Positions 1-9,238 of a DNA stretch of 29,988 nt are shown piece after piece. A program made the translations under genes and the position numbers. Under the pieces are notes generated by a model. The model ran no database searches. It was not told the DNA's origin and was given only the letters and a program-made list of their open reading frames with translations. The DNA is taken from NCBI GenBank assembly GCA_038153405.1, contig JAYOYH010000053.1:1-29988 (forward strand), read 5' to 3'. Position 1 is the first letter of the stretch, and each line of letters begins with the position of its first letter. The stretch is from Gemmatimonadota bacterium. Its GTDB lineage: Bacteria; Latescibacterota; UBA2968; UBA8231.

Positions 1-447
1 AATATCGTGGAGAATACCCGCGGCAAAGGCCTCGCCCTGCACGCGATAGCGCAGTTTGTCGGCCAGCAACCGCGCTGCCACGCCACAGGCGATAGAGTGC
101 TCCCAAAACTTCTGGCGATCAAAGCTGGTATTGGTCCCCCCTGCAGCAAAACGCTCCAGCACCGACACGCTGAGCCCCAAGCTTTTAACGGTTTCAAAAC
201 CGAGCACGACGACGGCGTGGTTTACGGTGGCAATTTCGCGCGGAAAGCCGTAGAACGCCGAGTTGGCGAGCTTGAGAATCTTTGCCGTCAGGGCCTGATC
301 AGTGGCGATTAGCTGGGAAACTTCGCGGGCCGAGGTCTGGGGGTTGTCGATCAGACCAATCATCTGCGTGATGACCGTCGGCAGCGTGGGCAAGCCGATG
401 ATGCTCTGAGTAATTTTCTTTATGCGCTGCTGCTTCTCTGCATCCAA
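1..447 (-). CDS. HDOD-domain signalling protein (partial, runs off left edge)
   Basis: Not in the ORF track; translated by hand from TTG at 447 with AAGGA upstream: MDAEKQQRIKKITQSIIGLPTLPTVITQMIGLIDNPQTSAREVSQLIATDQALTAKILKLANSAFYGFPREIATVNHAVVVLGFETVKSL...FWEHSIACGVAARLLA...EAFAAGILHDI. The LPTLP, D(P/Q)ALTAKILKLANSAFYG, FWxHS and GILHDI motifs are HDOD hallmarks. Confidence 0.9.
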   Translation of the reverse strand, partial: MDAEKQQRIKKITQSIIGLPTLPTVITQMIGLIDNPQTSAREVSQLIATDQALTAKILKLANSAFYGFPREIATVNHAVVVLGFETVKSLGLSVSVLERFAAGGTNTSFDRQKFWEHSIACGVAARLLADKLRYRVQGEAFAAGILHDI

Positions 448-474
448 AATAAAAATCCTTGGAGAGGAGAGCGT

Positions 475-1269
475 TCAAGCCAAGAAGCGCTTGCGCAACT
501 TGACTCTGAGTCCCAATACCGCCTTTGTGTGCAGCTGGGAAACGCGCGATTCGGACAGTTCAAGGACCTGTCCGATTTCTTTTAAGGTGAGCTCTTCGTA
601 GTAGTAGAGAGCGACGACCAGACGCTCTTGCTCAGAAATCTGTCCGAGAGAATCAGCGAGTAGGTCGCGCAATTCCTCGCGCTCGAGATTGCTCAGCGCA
701 CTAGGCTGATCGCGCGAACGCAGCGTGTCGATGAGGGCCACCGGCTTGTCGTCGTCCTCGCCAAAGCTGGTCTCGTCAAGCGAGAGCAATGAGGCGGAAC
801 TAACGTCGTCCATGATGTGGTAATACGTTTCCATATCGACGTCCAACGCCGCGGCCAATTCCTCTTCCGTTGGCGAACGACTCAATTCGTTTTCGAGCTT
901 GGATATGGCGCGTTCGAGTTCGCGCCCACGCGCCCGCGTAGAGCGGGGCACCCAGTCCATGCCGCGTAACTCGTCCAAAATCGAACCGCGGATGCGCAGC
1001 GACGCATAGGTCTCGAACTTGACGCCTTTGCCCGTATCGAAATTGCTGTAGGCCTCAATTAGCCCGACGACGCCCGCGTTGACCAGATCGTCCATCTCGA
1101 CCGAACGAGGCAGGCCGATAGCTAGGCGGCCAGCTATGTACTTGACCAGCGACAGATACTCGACCAACTCCTTGCGCGTATCTTCACCCTCGCCAGGGCT
1201 GGGCGCGACCTGTTGGTGTTGAGCGTACTTCTTCGTCGCGCTGATGGCGGGCGTCTTCTTGGGACTCAT
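475..1269 (-). CDS. fliA: Flagellar RNA polymerase sigma factor FliA/WhiG (sigma-28)
   Basis: DDLVNAGVVGLIEA, KFETYASLRIRGSILDELRGMDW and LYYYEELTLKEIGQVLELSESRVSQLH motifs. Start placed at ATG 1269 (MSPKK) rather than the track start at 1317, which overlaps flhG. Confidence 0.95.
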   Translation of the reverse strand: MSPKKTPAISATKKYAQHQQVAPSPGEGEDTRKELVEYLSLVKYIAGRLAIGLPRSVEMDDLVNAGVVGLIEAYSNFDTGKGVKFETYASLRIRGSILDELRGMDWVPRSTRARGRELERAISKLENELSRSPTEEELAAALDVDMETYYHIMDDVSSASLLSLDETSFGEDDDKPVALIDTLRSRDQPSALSNLEREELRDLLADSLGQISEQERLVVALYYYEELTLKEIGQVLELSESRVSQLHTKAVLGLRVKLRKRFLA

Positions 1270-1304
1270 GTACTTGCTTTCGCCGGTGGTTGTCAATCCG
1301 AACC

Positions 1305-2108
1305 TTAGGCTTCCCAACCCAAGACCCGCTCGAAGAAGCCGGACTGACCTGCTGGGTCTGTAACTTCGCTGAACCAGAGTGCCAGTTCTTCTAGGGCCTC
1401 AGCGGCGGGAGAAGGCGGACTTATCTGCGCGAGAGGCACCTGTCTCTTGGCGGCTTCGCGCGCGTATCGATCTAATGGAATATAACCTCGATTGTCAATC
1501 TCCGCCCCTAGAAATCGCGTGGCCAACTCGGCAAACTTCTCCTGCAGTTCGTCTGCCTCCTGCTGGGAATCAGCCATATTGACGATCAGATGGATAGTCA
1601 GGTCGGCGCGCTCTGCCAGCAGCGCTTTCATCGAGGCATAGGCGTCGGCGATGGCCGCAGGCTCTGGGGTGGCCACCAGCAACAGGCGCCCTGCCGCCGC
1701 TGCCGCATCGACCGTCTTGGGCGTTAAACCGGCACCCGTATCGACGACGACGCAATCAAACTGCGCTTCAAATGCACTGAGATCGGCGCAAATATCGCCC
1801 GCGCTCGGACCGAGGTCCCATCCCATACTCTCACCGTCCGCCGCAGCGGCTAAAAGGACGAGCCCCTCAGGACCGGAGATGGCCGCTTGGGAGGCACTAC
1901 AGTGCCCTTTCAGCACATCTTCGATGCTGTATTCGACAGCACACCCCATCAGCAAAGCGCTATTACCCAGACCGAAATCGGCATCAATTAGCAGCGTAGA
2001 CTGCCCGCTGCGGGCCATGGCAACTGCCAGATTTACGGCGATACAGCTCTTGCCCACGCCGCCCTTACCGCTGGTTACAGCCAGCGTGCGACGCCCAGTC
2101 CCCGCCAT
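1305..2108 (-). CDS. flhG: MinD/ParA-family flagellar number regulator FlhG/FleN
   Basis: Deviant Walker A SGKGGVGKS, DADFGLGN, DTGAG, TPEPAAIADAY, C-terminal amphipathic GFFERVLG; lies between flhF and fliA. Confidence 0.9.
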   Translation of the reverse strand: MAGTGRRTLAVTSGKGGVGKSCIAVNLAVAMARSGQSTLLIDADFGLGNSALLMGCAVEYSIEDVLKGHCSASQAAISGPEGLVLLAAAADGESMGWDLGPSAGDICADLSAFEAQFDCVVVDTGAGLTPKTVDAAAAAGRLLLVATPEPAAIADAYASMKALLAERADLTIHLIVNMADSQQEADELQEKFAELATRFLGAEIDNRGYIPLDRYAREAAKRQVPLAQISPPSPAAEALEELALWFSEVTDPAGQSGFFERVLGWEA

Positions 2109-2110
2109 CC

Positions 2111-3394
2111 TCAGGCCTTTCTCTCCGGTGCGCGACCCAAGATCTGCGCCACGATTTTCTCCATTTCACCCGCCTCGATATCGCCGGGGACTTGGCAGCC
2201 GACGGTCATATAAGAAGTGGGAAGCTGACTCTCGATTACCGCGCTCAGCATCGCACCAGGGCGAGCCACTTCGTCGACTTTGGTAAAGAGCAGCCGCCGT
2301 TCGCCCAATACGCTGCTGGCATCGACAATATCCAAGGCGTGCTCCAAACCGCTTAACGCATCGATTACCACGTGCACTTCTTCGGCACCGGCCGCCTCAA
2401 AAATGCGGTGCTGGCGCTCGCGCTCGTACACGTCGTTGGGCCCACAGCCCGGCGCGTCAATCAAAACGAGTTGAGCCTGCGGATGCCGTTCGATCGCGGC
2501 GGCCATATCTTCTTCGCTGTAGGCCGACTCCAGCTCGACGCCGATTATATGCGCAAACGCGCGCACCTGATCTAGCCCACCCACTCTGCGATCGTCTGCG
2601 GTGACGAGGACGATGCGCTCCTTTCTCTTGAGAGCAAATCCGGCGGCAATCTTGGCAACGGCGGTGGTCTTGCCGGCACCCGAGGCGCCAAAAAAGCCGA
2701 TTACTTTGCGGCGCTTGCCGATGCGAATATGCTGACAGGGCGGCAGTTTGGCGCAAAAAAAGCGACTTAACCATTCGCCAATTGCCTCGCGATCGTCCAG
2801 CGCTGCACCGCTGAGGTTGCGCAGCACCCCGGCACAGGCTTCCTCGACGAGCACTGGAGCGACCCCCATATTGCGCAGGCGTTCGCCAAGGCGACCCAGC
2901 GCATCGGGAATGACTAGGGCCGACGCGCCGCTGCGCCGTTCGACGCGCGCTAGCGCATCCTGCATCGTGCGCAGTTGACGCATGATGCGGTCCATATCTT
3001 CCCCACCAGTTCCCGCTGGAACCGGCGGCAACGGCGGCGTCTCTCTGCGCACATCGCCCCCTGCCGATTCGCGGGTTTTCTGCCCACTCGGCTCGAGCTC
3101 AGGCGCAGCCATTGGAGCCAGGCGTCGGCTGCCTGCCGCTTGCGACGCATAGCGCTGCGCAGCGAGATGGGTTGCGCCAGCCGGTGGGCGCAGCGTCGGT
3201 GCAGTCGGCGCAGCAGTCGGCGCGCGCTCGTCCAGCGCCGCTGTCACCTCGACGCGTGCCTCGTCCCCCGCATTAAAGCGCGTATTGCGGCGGATCTGTC
3301 GCGTGTTTAGGATGACGGCCTGTTCGCCGAGATCATCGCGGACTTGCTGCAGGGCCTCCGGCATATTCCGGGCTATGTATTTGCGGATCTTCAT
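2111..3394 (-). CDS. flhF: SRP-family flagellar GTPase FlhF
   Basis: N-terminus MKIRKYIARNMPEALQQVRDDLGEQAVILNTR, P-loop GASGAGKTT, TKVDE, GCQVPGDI; position flhA-flhF-flhG. Confidence 0.93.
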   Translation of the reverse strand: MKIRKYIARNMPEALQQVRDDLGEQAVILNTRQIRRNTRFNAGDEARVEVTAALDERAPTAAPTAPTLRPPAGATHLAAQRYASQAAGSRRLAPMAAPELEPSGQKTRESAGGDVRRETPPLPPVPAGTGGEDMDRIMRQLRTMQDALARVERRSGASALVIPDALGRLGERLRNMGVAPVLVEEACAGVLRNLSGAALDDREAIGEWLSRFFCAKLPPCQHIRIGKRRKVIGFFGASGAGKTTAVAKIAAGFALKRKERIVLVTADDRRVGGLDQVRAFAHIIGVELESAYSEEDMAAAIERHPQAQLVLIDAPGCGPNDVYERERQHRIFEAAGAEEVHVVIDALSGLEHALDIVDASSVLGERRLLFTKVDEVARPGAMLSAVIESQLPTSYMTVGCQVPGDIEAGEMEKIVAQILGRAPERKA

Positions 3395-5447
3395 TTAGGT
3401 CCAACGCGATATTACCGACCGATGCGACCTCCACATCGGGCGCGATTTCATTGTACGACAGCACGTGGAGCACGGGAAAATTGGCCGCCGTTAGCTTGCG
3501 GAATGCCAGGCGTATTTGCGGCGAAGCGAGCACGACAGGCTGCTGGCCATTGGCGACCATCTGGTCGATCAATTCGGTCAAGAGCACAAAGATCTCATTG
3601 GCTACATCAGGTGCCAGCGCAACGACGATACCGGCTGGCGAACTCTGTACCGCCTCAACTACGAGTTGTTCAACGCCCCCGTCTATAGTTAAGACGGCGA
3701 TGGTGCTGTCCGGCGACTCCTTCAGCAGCGCATTACATATCGACCGACGCAGCGCCGTGCGCGCATACTCGCCCAAGACTTCCACGTCGTCGATCCGATC
3801 GTGATCGGCCAATACCTCAAGTATAGTGCGCAAGTCGCGAATAGGCACGCGCTCGGAGAGCAGGTTTTGCAGCACGCGCTGTAGCTTGCCAACAGCGGCC
3901 GAGTCGGGAACGAGTTCTTCCACTACATTCGGATAGGCCTGTTTCAGTTCATCGAGCAGGTGCTGCGTCTCCTGTCGGCCGAGCAACTCGTGCGCGTAGT
4001 TGTTGATAACTTCAGTCAGGTGCGTAGCCAAAACGGCAACGGGTTCAACGACGTTGTATCCCAGCAGCTCTGCCTTCTCGCGCAGCGATGGTGCGATCCA
4101 ACGCGCCGGCAGTCCAAAGACCGGATCGATAGCCTGCACGCCCTCGATAGCCCCCTCGGCAAAGCCCGGATCGATGGCCAGCAGTTGCTTGGCCTGTAGC
4201 TCACCGCGCGCCACGGGATTGCCCTTGACGCGAATCTGATAGGAGTTTGGCTGCAACTCCGTGCTATCGCGCACGCGGACGGGCGGCGCGACATAGCCCA
4301 TGTCCATGGCCGCCACTTTGCGAATTTGCACGATGCGCTCGATCAGATCTCCCCCCTGCTTGGCATCGACCAAAGGCACGAGTTGATAACCAACCTGCAC
4401 TTCCAATTGATCTACGCGCAAATAGTCCTCTGGCCGCTCTTCGACCCGCTCGCTCTCATTCTGCGCAGCCACCTCTATTGCCTGGTTTTGCATCCGGCGG
4501 CGGCGCACCAACAGCGCTACGCCGACCATCAGCGAACCAATGGCGGCAAAAGGCCAGGTGGGCAGTCCAGGAATCAACCCCATGGCCATGAGCATGGTAC
4601 CGGCAATGATACCGGCCTGCGGACGCCCCATTAGCTGCTCGTTAATATCGGAACCCATATTGCCGTCGCTAGTGGCACGTGTCACTATAATACCGGCCGC
4701 CGTTGAGGTAATGAGCGCCGGAATCTGCGTTACCAATCCGTCGCCCACCGTCAGCAGCGTATAGGTCTGAAGTGCCCCGCTCAAGCTCAGACCGTGCTGC
4801 AGCACGCCAATGGCGAAACCACCAATGATATTTACCAACGTAATGAGAATGCCCGCTACGGCATCGCCGCGCACAAACTTGCTAGCACCGTCCATCGCAC
4901 CGTAGAAATCGGCTTCCCGCGAGATTTCCTCGCGCCGTTTCTTGGCGTCTTGCTCGTCAATGAGTCCGGCGTTGAGATCGGCATCGATGGCCATCTGCTT
5001 GCCTGGCATGGCATCCAAGGTAAAGCGCGCGGCCACTTCCGCTACGCGCCCAGCACCTTTGGTGATGACGACAAACTGAATAATGATGACGATGATAAAT
5101 ATGATGAAACCGAGAACGAAATTGCCGCGCACGACGACGTCCCCAAAGGCTTCAATAAGGCGACCGGCATCGGCCTCACTCAGAATAAGACGCGTAGATG
5201 CGACATTGAGCGAGAGGCGAAATAGCGTGAGGACGAGGAGTAAACCGGGAAAGACCGACAGCTCCAACGGAGCCGTTATATAAATAGTCAGCATTAGCAC
5301 GAGCAGTGCCAAGCTAATATTAAACGTCAGCAAAAAGTCGAGAATAAAGGTCGGCAGAGGAACGATCATCACCGCGAGGATGGTAATCACGCCAATGGCT
5401 ACCAATACGTCGGTGTGCTGCGCTAGCATTTTTATCCATCTACGCAT
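3333..5447 (-). CDS. flhA: Flagellar export gate protein FlhA
   Basis: FHIPEP signature RVAEVAARFTLDAMPGKQMAIDADLNAG...FYGAMDGASKFVRGDA, hydrophobic N-terminal half, cytoplasmic C-terminal domain; GGGAGG RBS upstream of ATG 5447. Confidence 0.97.
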   Translation of the reverse strand: MRRWIKMLAQHTDVLVAIGVITILAVMIVPLPTFILDFLLTFNISLALLVLMLTIYITAPLELSVFPGLLLVLTLFRLSLNVASTRLILSEADAGRLIEAFGDVVVRGNFVLGFIIFIIVIIIQFVVITKGAGRVAEVAARFTLDAMPGKQMAIDADLNAGLIDEQDAKKRREEISREADFYGAMDGASKFVRGDAVAGILITLVNIIGGFAIGVLQHGLSLSGALQTYTLLTVGDGLVTQIPALITSTAAGIIVTRATSDGNMGSDINEQLMGRPQAGIIAGTMLMAMGLIPGLPTWPFAAIGSLMVGVALLVRRRRMQNQAIEVAAQNESERVEERPEDYLRVDQLEVQVGYQLVPLVDAKQGGDLIERIVQIRKVAAMDMGYVAPPVRVRDSTELQPNSYQIRVKGNPVARGELQAKQLLAIDPGFAEGAIEGVQAIDPVFGLPARWIAPSLREKAELLGYNVVEPVAVLATHLTEVINNYAHELLGRQETQHLLDELKQAYPNVVEELVPDSAAVGKLQRVLQNLLSERVPIRDLRTILEVLADHDRIDDVEVLGEYARTALRRSICNALLKESPDSTIAVLTIDGGVEQLVVEAVQSSPAGIVVALAPDVANEIFVLLTELIDQMVANGQQPVVLASPQIRLAFRKLTAANFPVLHVLSYNEIAPDVEVASVGNIALDLNEDPQIHSPEYAGGPAASPR

Positions 5448-5640
5448 GGCGCAGCCTCCCCAATATTACGACCAATAAGGCCAAACTGACATCGACGGCC
5501 AGCAAGGCGTTAGCGACCAGGTCTGGCAGCGGCAGAACGATCAGCACGAGGCTGATGGCCACGCCGATATTTACTAGCCAGCCGGTGCGCTGGGCTATCT
5601 TCCGCAAACGCCTGAGTGCGATTTGCGCGGTTCCTTGCAT
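5440..5640 (-). CDS. Small membrane protein, paralog of the FlhA N-terminal two TM helices (mini-FlhA)
   Basis: 66 aa; 21 of 45 residues identical without gaps to the N-terminus of the adjacent FlhA. TGATG overlap with the flhB stop, GGGAG RBS, and 8-nt overlap (ATGCGTAG) with the flhA start. Confidence 0.8.
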   Translation of the reverse strand: MQGTAQIALRRLRKIAQRTGWLVNIGVAISLVLIVLPLPDLVANALLAVDVSLALLVVILGRLRHA

Positions 5641-6719
5641 CAGCTATTACTCCCGGCCTTGCCGCGCTTGAGTTGAAACACAAAAGCCAAGACCTGTGCC
5701 ACAGCCTTAAACAGCTCTTCGGGGATCTCTTCACCAATGCGCACCACCTTAAACAGCGCGCGCGCCAGCGGCTTGTTCTCGACCAGAGGAACACCGGCCT
5801 CGCGCGCCAATTCCTTGATGCGCTGGGCCACCAGCCGCTGTCCCTTGGCCACCACGCGCGGTGCTCCCATAGCGTCCACGTCATATTTGAGCGCGACGGC
5901 CACGTGCGTTGGGTTCGTCACCACGACATCGGCCGTACCGACATCGTCCATCATGCGCCGCTGCGACATCTCGCGCTGCAAGTTGCGAATGCGCGAGCGC
6001 ATCATCGGATCACCTTCCTGCTGCTTTACCTCCTCGCGCACCTCCTGCCTAGTCATGCGCAGGTTTTTTTCGTAGTCCCAGCGCTGGAAGGCATAGTCGA
6101 GAATCGCCATGACCAAGAGCAGGAGCACAATGCGAAAAGCCAGCTTGACGATAACGTCGCCGCTAAGTGCAAAAATCTGCCCAACGCCCATATCCATATA
6201 AGCGAGAAAGCTGTCCATATCGGCGGAAATCGTCAGATAGGTCACAAAGACGACTGCGCTGATCTTAAACAGCCCCTTCCCCAACTCGACCAGACCACGG
6301 CTGGAGAAAATGCGCTTAAGACCGCCGAGCGGACTCAGTCGCTGGGCCTTGGGAGTCAGCGGTTCGAGTGTAAAAAGAACGCCGACCTGCGCGTAGTTAA
6401 TGCCGAGCGCGGCAAAGACCAGTAGCGCGACGACCGGTCCGACAACGCGCACGTAGCCGATGGCCCATTCCGCAATGGATAGGGGTAAACTGCTGGCGTC
6501 CAGCTCGACGAAAATGCCGTTGGTCAACATATCGACCATAAGTAGGCTGAGTTGGTCATACATATAGGGGCCCAGCGACGATAGCGCGAGCAAGCCGGCC
6601 ATTAAAATGGCAATCGAACTCAGCTCGCTGCTGCGCGCGACCTGCCCCTTGCGCCGCGCATCTTCGCGCCGCTTCGGCGTAGCCTGCTCTGTCTTTTCCT
6701 GAAAGGATTCCTCAGCCAT
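5640..6719 (-). CDS. flhB: Flagellar export switch protein FlhB
   Basis: EKTEQATPKRREDARRKGQVARSSEL N-terminus, MTRQEVREEVKQQEGDP, NPTH autocleavage motif, ENKPLARAL. Confidence 0.97.
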   Translation of the reverse strand: MAEESFQEKTEQATPKRREDARRKGQVARSSELSSIAILMAGLLALSSLGPYMYDQLSLLMVDMLTNGIFVELDASSLPLSIAEWAIGYVRVVGPVVALLVFAALGINYAQVGVLFTLEPLTPKAQRLSPLGGLKRIFSSRGLVELGKGLFKISAVVFVTYLTISADMDSFLAYMDMGVGQIFALSGDVIVKLAFRIVLLLLVMAILDYAFQRWDYEKNLRMTRQEVREEVKQQEGDPMMRSRIRNLQREMSQRRMMDDVGTADVVVTNPTHVAVALKYDVDAMGAPRVVAKGQRLVAQRIKELAREAGVPLVENKPLARALFKVVRIGEEIPEELFKAVAQVLAFVFQLKRGKAGSNS

Positions 6720-6731
6720 GGGCCACCGCGC

Positions 6732-7502
6732 TCAGGCGAAAAAGTCGATTAACGCAAAGAAGTCGCGCTCTAATATGTGCAGCGACTTCTCGAGTAAGAT
6801 GCGAAAGAGCGGCAGCGACGAGATCATCACAAAGAGACCGACGGCCAGCTGGACGGGAAAACCGACGATAAAGACATTCATTTGCGGCACGGTGCGCGCC
6901 AGCACTCCCATCGCAACGGATACCAGAAATAGGGCGATGAGTATCGGCGCGCTGATCTTTATGGACACGGCAAAGAGCGTGCTGGTAAGTTCTATGAGCT
7001 TTGTTGCTACCGGAGCCTTGAACACGACCCCACCCAGCGGCACGGCCTCGAAGCTGGCCATCAGACCGTTGAGTATGATATGGTGTCCGTCCAGTGAAAA
7101 AATCAGCAAGACAGCGAGGATATTGAGAAATTGGCCAATGATCGAGATCTGGTCGTACGACTGTGGGTCGATGACATTGACGATGCCAAATCCCATTTGC
7201 AAACCGGCAAGTTGGCCGGCAAATTGGATGCCGATAAAGAGCAGCAGCACGGAAAATCCCAGCACGACGCCCATGAGTATCTCGCGCACCAGCACAAAGG
7301 CATAGGGCAGAAACCCCGTGGGAATATCGAGCACCCCATCCGCCACGGTGGGAAATATCACCAGGGAAATCATAAATGCCATACCCACTTTGGCGCGGGC
7401 CAGAAAGAGGCGATGCCCAAAGATCGGCGCAACGACCAGCAGAGCGCTGACCCGCAACAGCACCAGAAGGAATATGTGGAATTGATCGAGCCAATATGCC
7501 AC
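6732..7502 (-). CDS. fliR: Flagellar export protein FliR
   Basis: Hydrophobic 256 aa with AGQLAGLQMGFG, LDGHH and GVLARTVPQMNVFIVGFP motifs; GTG start. Confidence 0.95.
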   Translation of the reverse strand: MAYWLDQFHIFLLVLLRVSALLVVAPIFGHRLFLARAKVGMAFMISLVIFPTVADGVLDIPTGFLPYAFVLVREILMGVVLGFSVLLLFIGIQFAGQLAGLQMGFGIVNVIDPQSYDQISIIGQFLNILAVLLIFSLDGHHIILNGLMASFEAVPLGGVVFKAPVATKLIELTSTLFAVSIKISAPILIALFLVSVAMGVLARTVPQMNVFIVGFPVQLAVGLFVMISSLPLFRILLEKSLHILERDFFALIDFFA

Positions 7503-7511
7503 GTTTCTTCT

Positions 7512-7781
7512 CTATCCGATAATGGTGGGTATGCTACTGATAAGAGCGGTAGTAAATTCAATCATGCGGCGAATGGTCCACGGCAGCAGCAGCGATACGA
7601 TGGCGGCAACGGCTATGATCTTGGGGATAAAGGTCAGCGTCATCTCGTGAATCTGCGTGACCGCCTGAAAGATGCTGACCATTAAACCAACCAACAGGGC
7701 TACTAGCAACGTGGGCCCCGCCACTACGAGCACTAACATCAGCGTGTCCTGTCCCAGCTTAACTACGTATTCTGGCGTCAT
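7512..7781 (-). CDS. fliQ: Flagellar export protein FliQ
   Basis: 89 aa from MTPEYVV; VGLMVSIFQAVTQIHEMTLTFIPK signature. Confidence 0.96.
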   Translation of the reverse strand: MTPEYVVKLGQDTLMLVLVVAGPTLLVALLVGLMVSIFQAVTQIHEMTLTFIPKIIAVAAIVSLLLPWTIRRMIEFTTALISSIPTIIG

Positions 7782-7792
7782 ATCGTTCTCTT

Positions 7793-8563
7793 TTAGTTGA
7801 AACTCTTTACCAGCGACTGCATCAGTAAATTCCATCCATCAACTAGCACGAATAGCAGTATCTTAAACGGCAGCGACACCATGATGGGCGGCAGCATCAT
7901 CATACCCATCGACAGCAAAATGCTGGAAACGACTAAGTCGATGACCAAAAAGGGAATAAAGAGGATAAAGCCAATCTGAAACGCCGTGCGCAATTCGCTG
8001 ATAATAAAGCTGGGGATCAGCACGGAGTTGGGTATTTCCGAGCGATTCTTCGGCTGCGGGATGCGCGCCATGCGCACGAAGAGCGCCATATCCTTCTGCC
8101 GCGTTTGCTTGAGCATAAACTCGCGAATCGGTTCCATGCCTCTATCCAACGCCACCTTATAGGGTATTTCGTCTTCCACTAGCGGCTGAATCGCTTCATC
8201 GTTTACGCGATCCCATACCGGCGACATGACGAAGAAGGTCAGAAAGAGCGATAGCCCAATCAGGAGTTGGTTGGGCGGCATCTGCTGCGTGCCGATGGCC
8301 GTGCGCAAGAAAGAGAGCACGACGACAATGCGCGTGAATGAGGTCATCATGATCAATATGGAGGGAGCCAGCGAGAGGATCGTCAGCAGGAATATGATCT
8401 GCAGCGATACGGCCGCGTCGCCGCCCTGCTGAGCGTCTTCCACCTGCAGACTGATTTTTGGCAGTGCCTGAGCCTGTGCATCATGGCAAACGGATGCAAA
8501 GCCCAGGAAGATCAACCCCCACGCCCAGCGAGGGAAGCGCTCCATGCGTAGCAGCGTATTCAT
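7793..8563 (-). CDS. fliP: Flagellar export protein FliP
   Basis: [37 protein letters not shown] and [14 protein letters not shown] motifs; start at ATG 8563 overlaps the fliO stop (ATGA) with GGAGG RBS; putative signal peptide. Confidence 0.96.
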   Translation of the reverse strand: MNTLLRMERFPRWAWGLIFLGFASVCHDAQAQALPKISLQVEDAQQGGDAAVSLQIIFLLTILSLAPSILIMMTSFTRIVVVLSFLRTAIGTQQMPPNQLLIGLSLFLTFFVMSPVWDRVNDEAIQPLVEDEIPYKVALDRGMEPIREFMLKQTRQKDMALFVRMARIPQPKNRSEIPNSVLIPSFIISELRTAFQIGFILFIPFLVIDLVVSSILLSMGMMMLPPIMVSLPFKILLFVLVDGWNLLMQSLVKSFN

Positions 8564-9147
8564 TTTCCCTCCTGCGTGGTGTGTTTCAGCACGTTCCTGA
8601 GTTGAGCGGCAAAGGGCGAGGCCTTCTCTGCGGGCGGCGATATATTCAATTCGCCCGCTCCCCACTCAGCCAGCGTGGCAATGTGTTCATCGGTGACGCC
8701 CAAGGCGAGGGCCCGATCGCCGATTTCTACCAGAAAAACCGCCTTTTTGGGGCCCAAATAGGCGCGTTCGGCAACTCGAATAAGGCTATTATCTGCGCCC
8801 AGTTGACGTCCTAATGTGCTCTTGCGCAGCACATGCGCCGCTCCCCAGGCCAGCAGCACGACCAGCGCAAGTCCCAGGCCCAAGCGCATGGATATGCTCC
8901 ATATATCGTCTTCTTCCGCTTCGGGTATGTCCTCTTCTACCAGCCCATAGGCCAGTGCGTCGACCGCCTCCCCATCGAGCGGTTCTTCGGCCGCTGCGGG
9001 CGCATCCTGCGCGCTTGTCGCGACCTGTTGTCCGGGGGCCTCTGATGCGGCAACCGTTCCTTCAGCTACGGCACTGGTCGACCACCAGGCGATTGCAAAA
9101 ACCACCCCGATGATGGCTTGCCAACTGCTCCACTGTGCGTTTTTCAT
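8560..9147 (-). CDS. fliO: Flagellar export assembly protein FliO/FliZ
   Basis: TM helix followed by [38 protein letters not shown] (FliO-type beta domain); signal-peptide-like N-terminus; directly upstream of fliP. Confidence 0.88.
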   Translation of the reverse strand: MKNAQWSSWQAIIGVVFAIAWWSTSAVAEGTVAASEAPGQQVATSAQDAPAAAEEPLDGEAVDALAYGLVEEDIPEAEEDDIWSISMRLGLGLALVVLLAWGAAHVLRKSTLGRQLGADNSLIRVAERAYLGPKKAVFLVEIGDRALALGVTDEHIATLAEWGAGELNISPPAEKASPFAAQLRNVLKHTTQEGK

Positions 9148-9182
9148 GATCCTCGCTCTCGAGTGTTACCCATGCACATGGG

Positions 9183-9198
9183 AGCAACATATATGCCA
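9183..9198 (-). promoter_or_regulatory. sigma-54 (RpoN) -24/-12 promoter for the fliO-fliA unit
   Basis: Minus strand TGGCATATATGTTGCT: GG-N10-GC spacing matching TGGCACNNNNNTTGCW, 35 nt upstream of the fliO start. Confidence 0.8.
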
Positions 9199-9206
9199 TT
9201 TACAGC

Positions 9207-9238
9207 AAACAAAAAAAGAGGGGCCTACCGGCCCCTCT
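9207..9238 (-). terminator. Rho-independent terminator downstream of fliN
   Basis: Minus strand AGAGGGGCC-GGTA-GGCCCCTCT followed by TTTTTTGTTT; perfect 9-bp stem. Confidence 0.85.
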
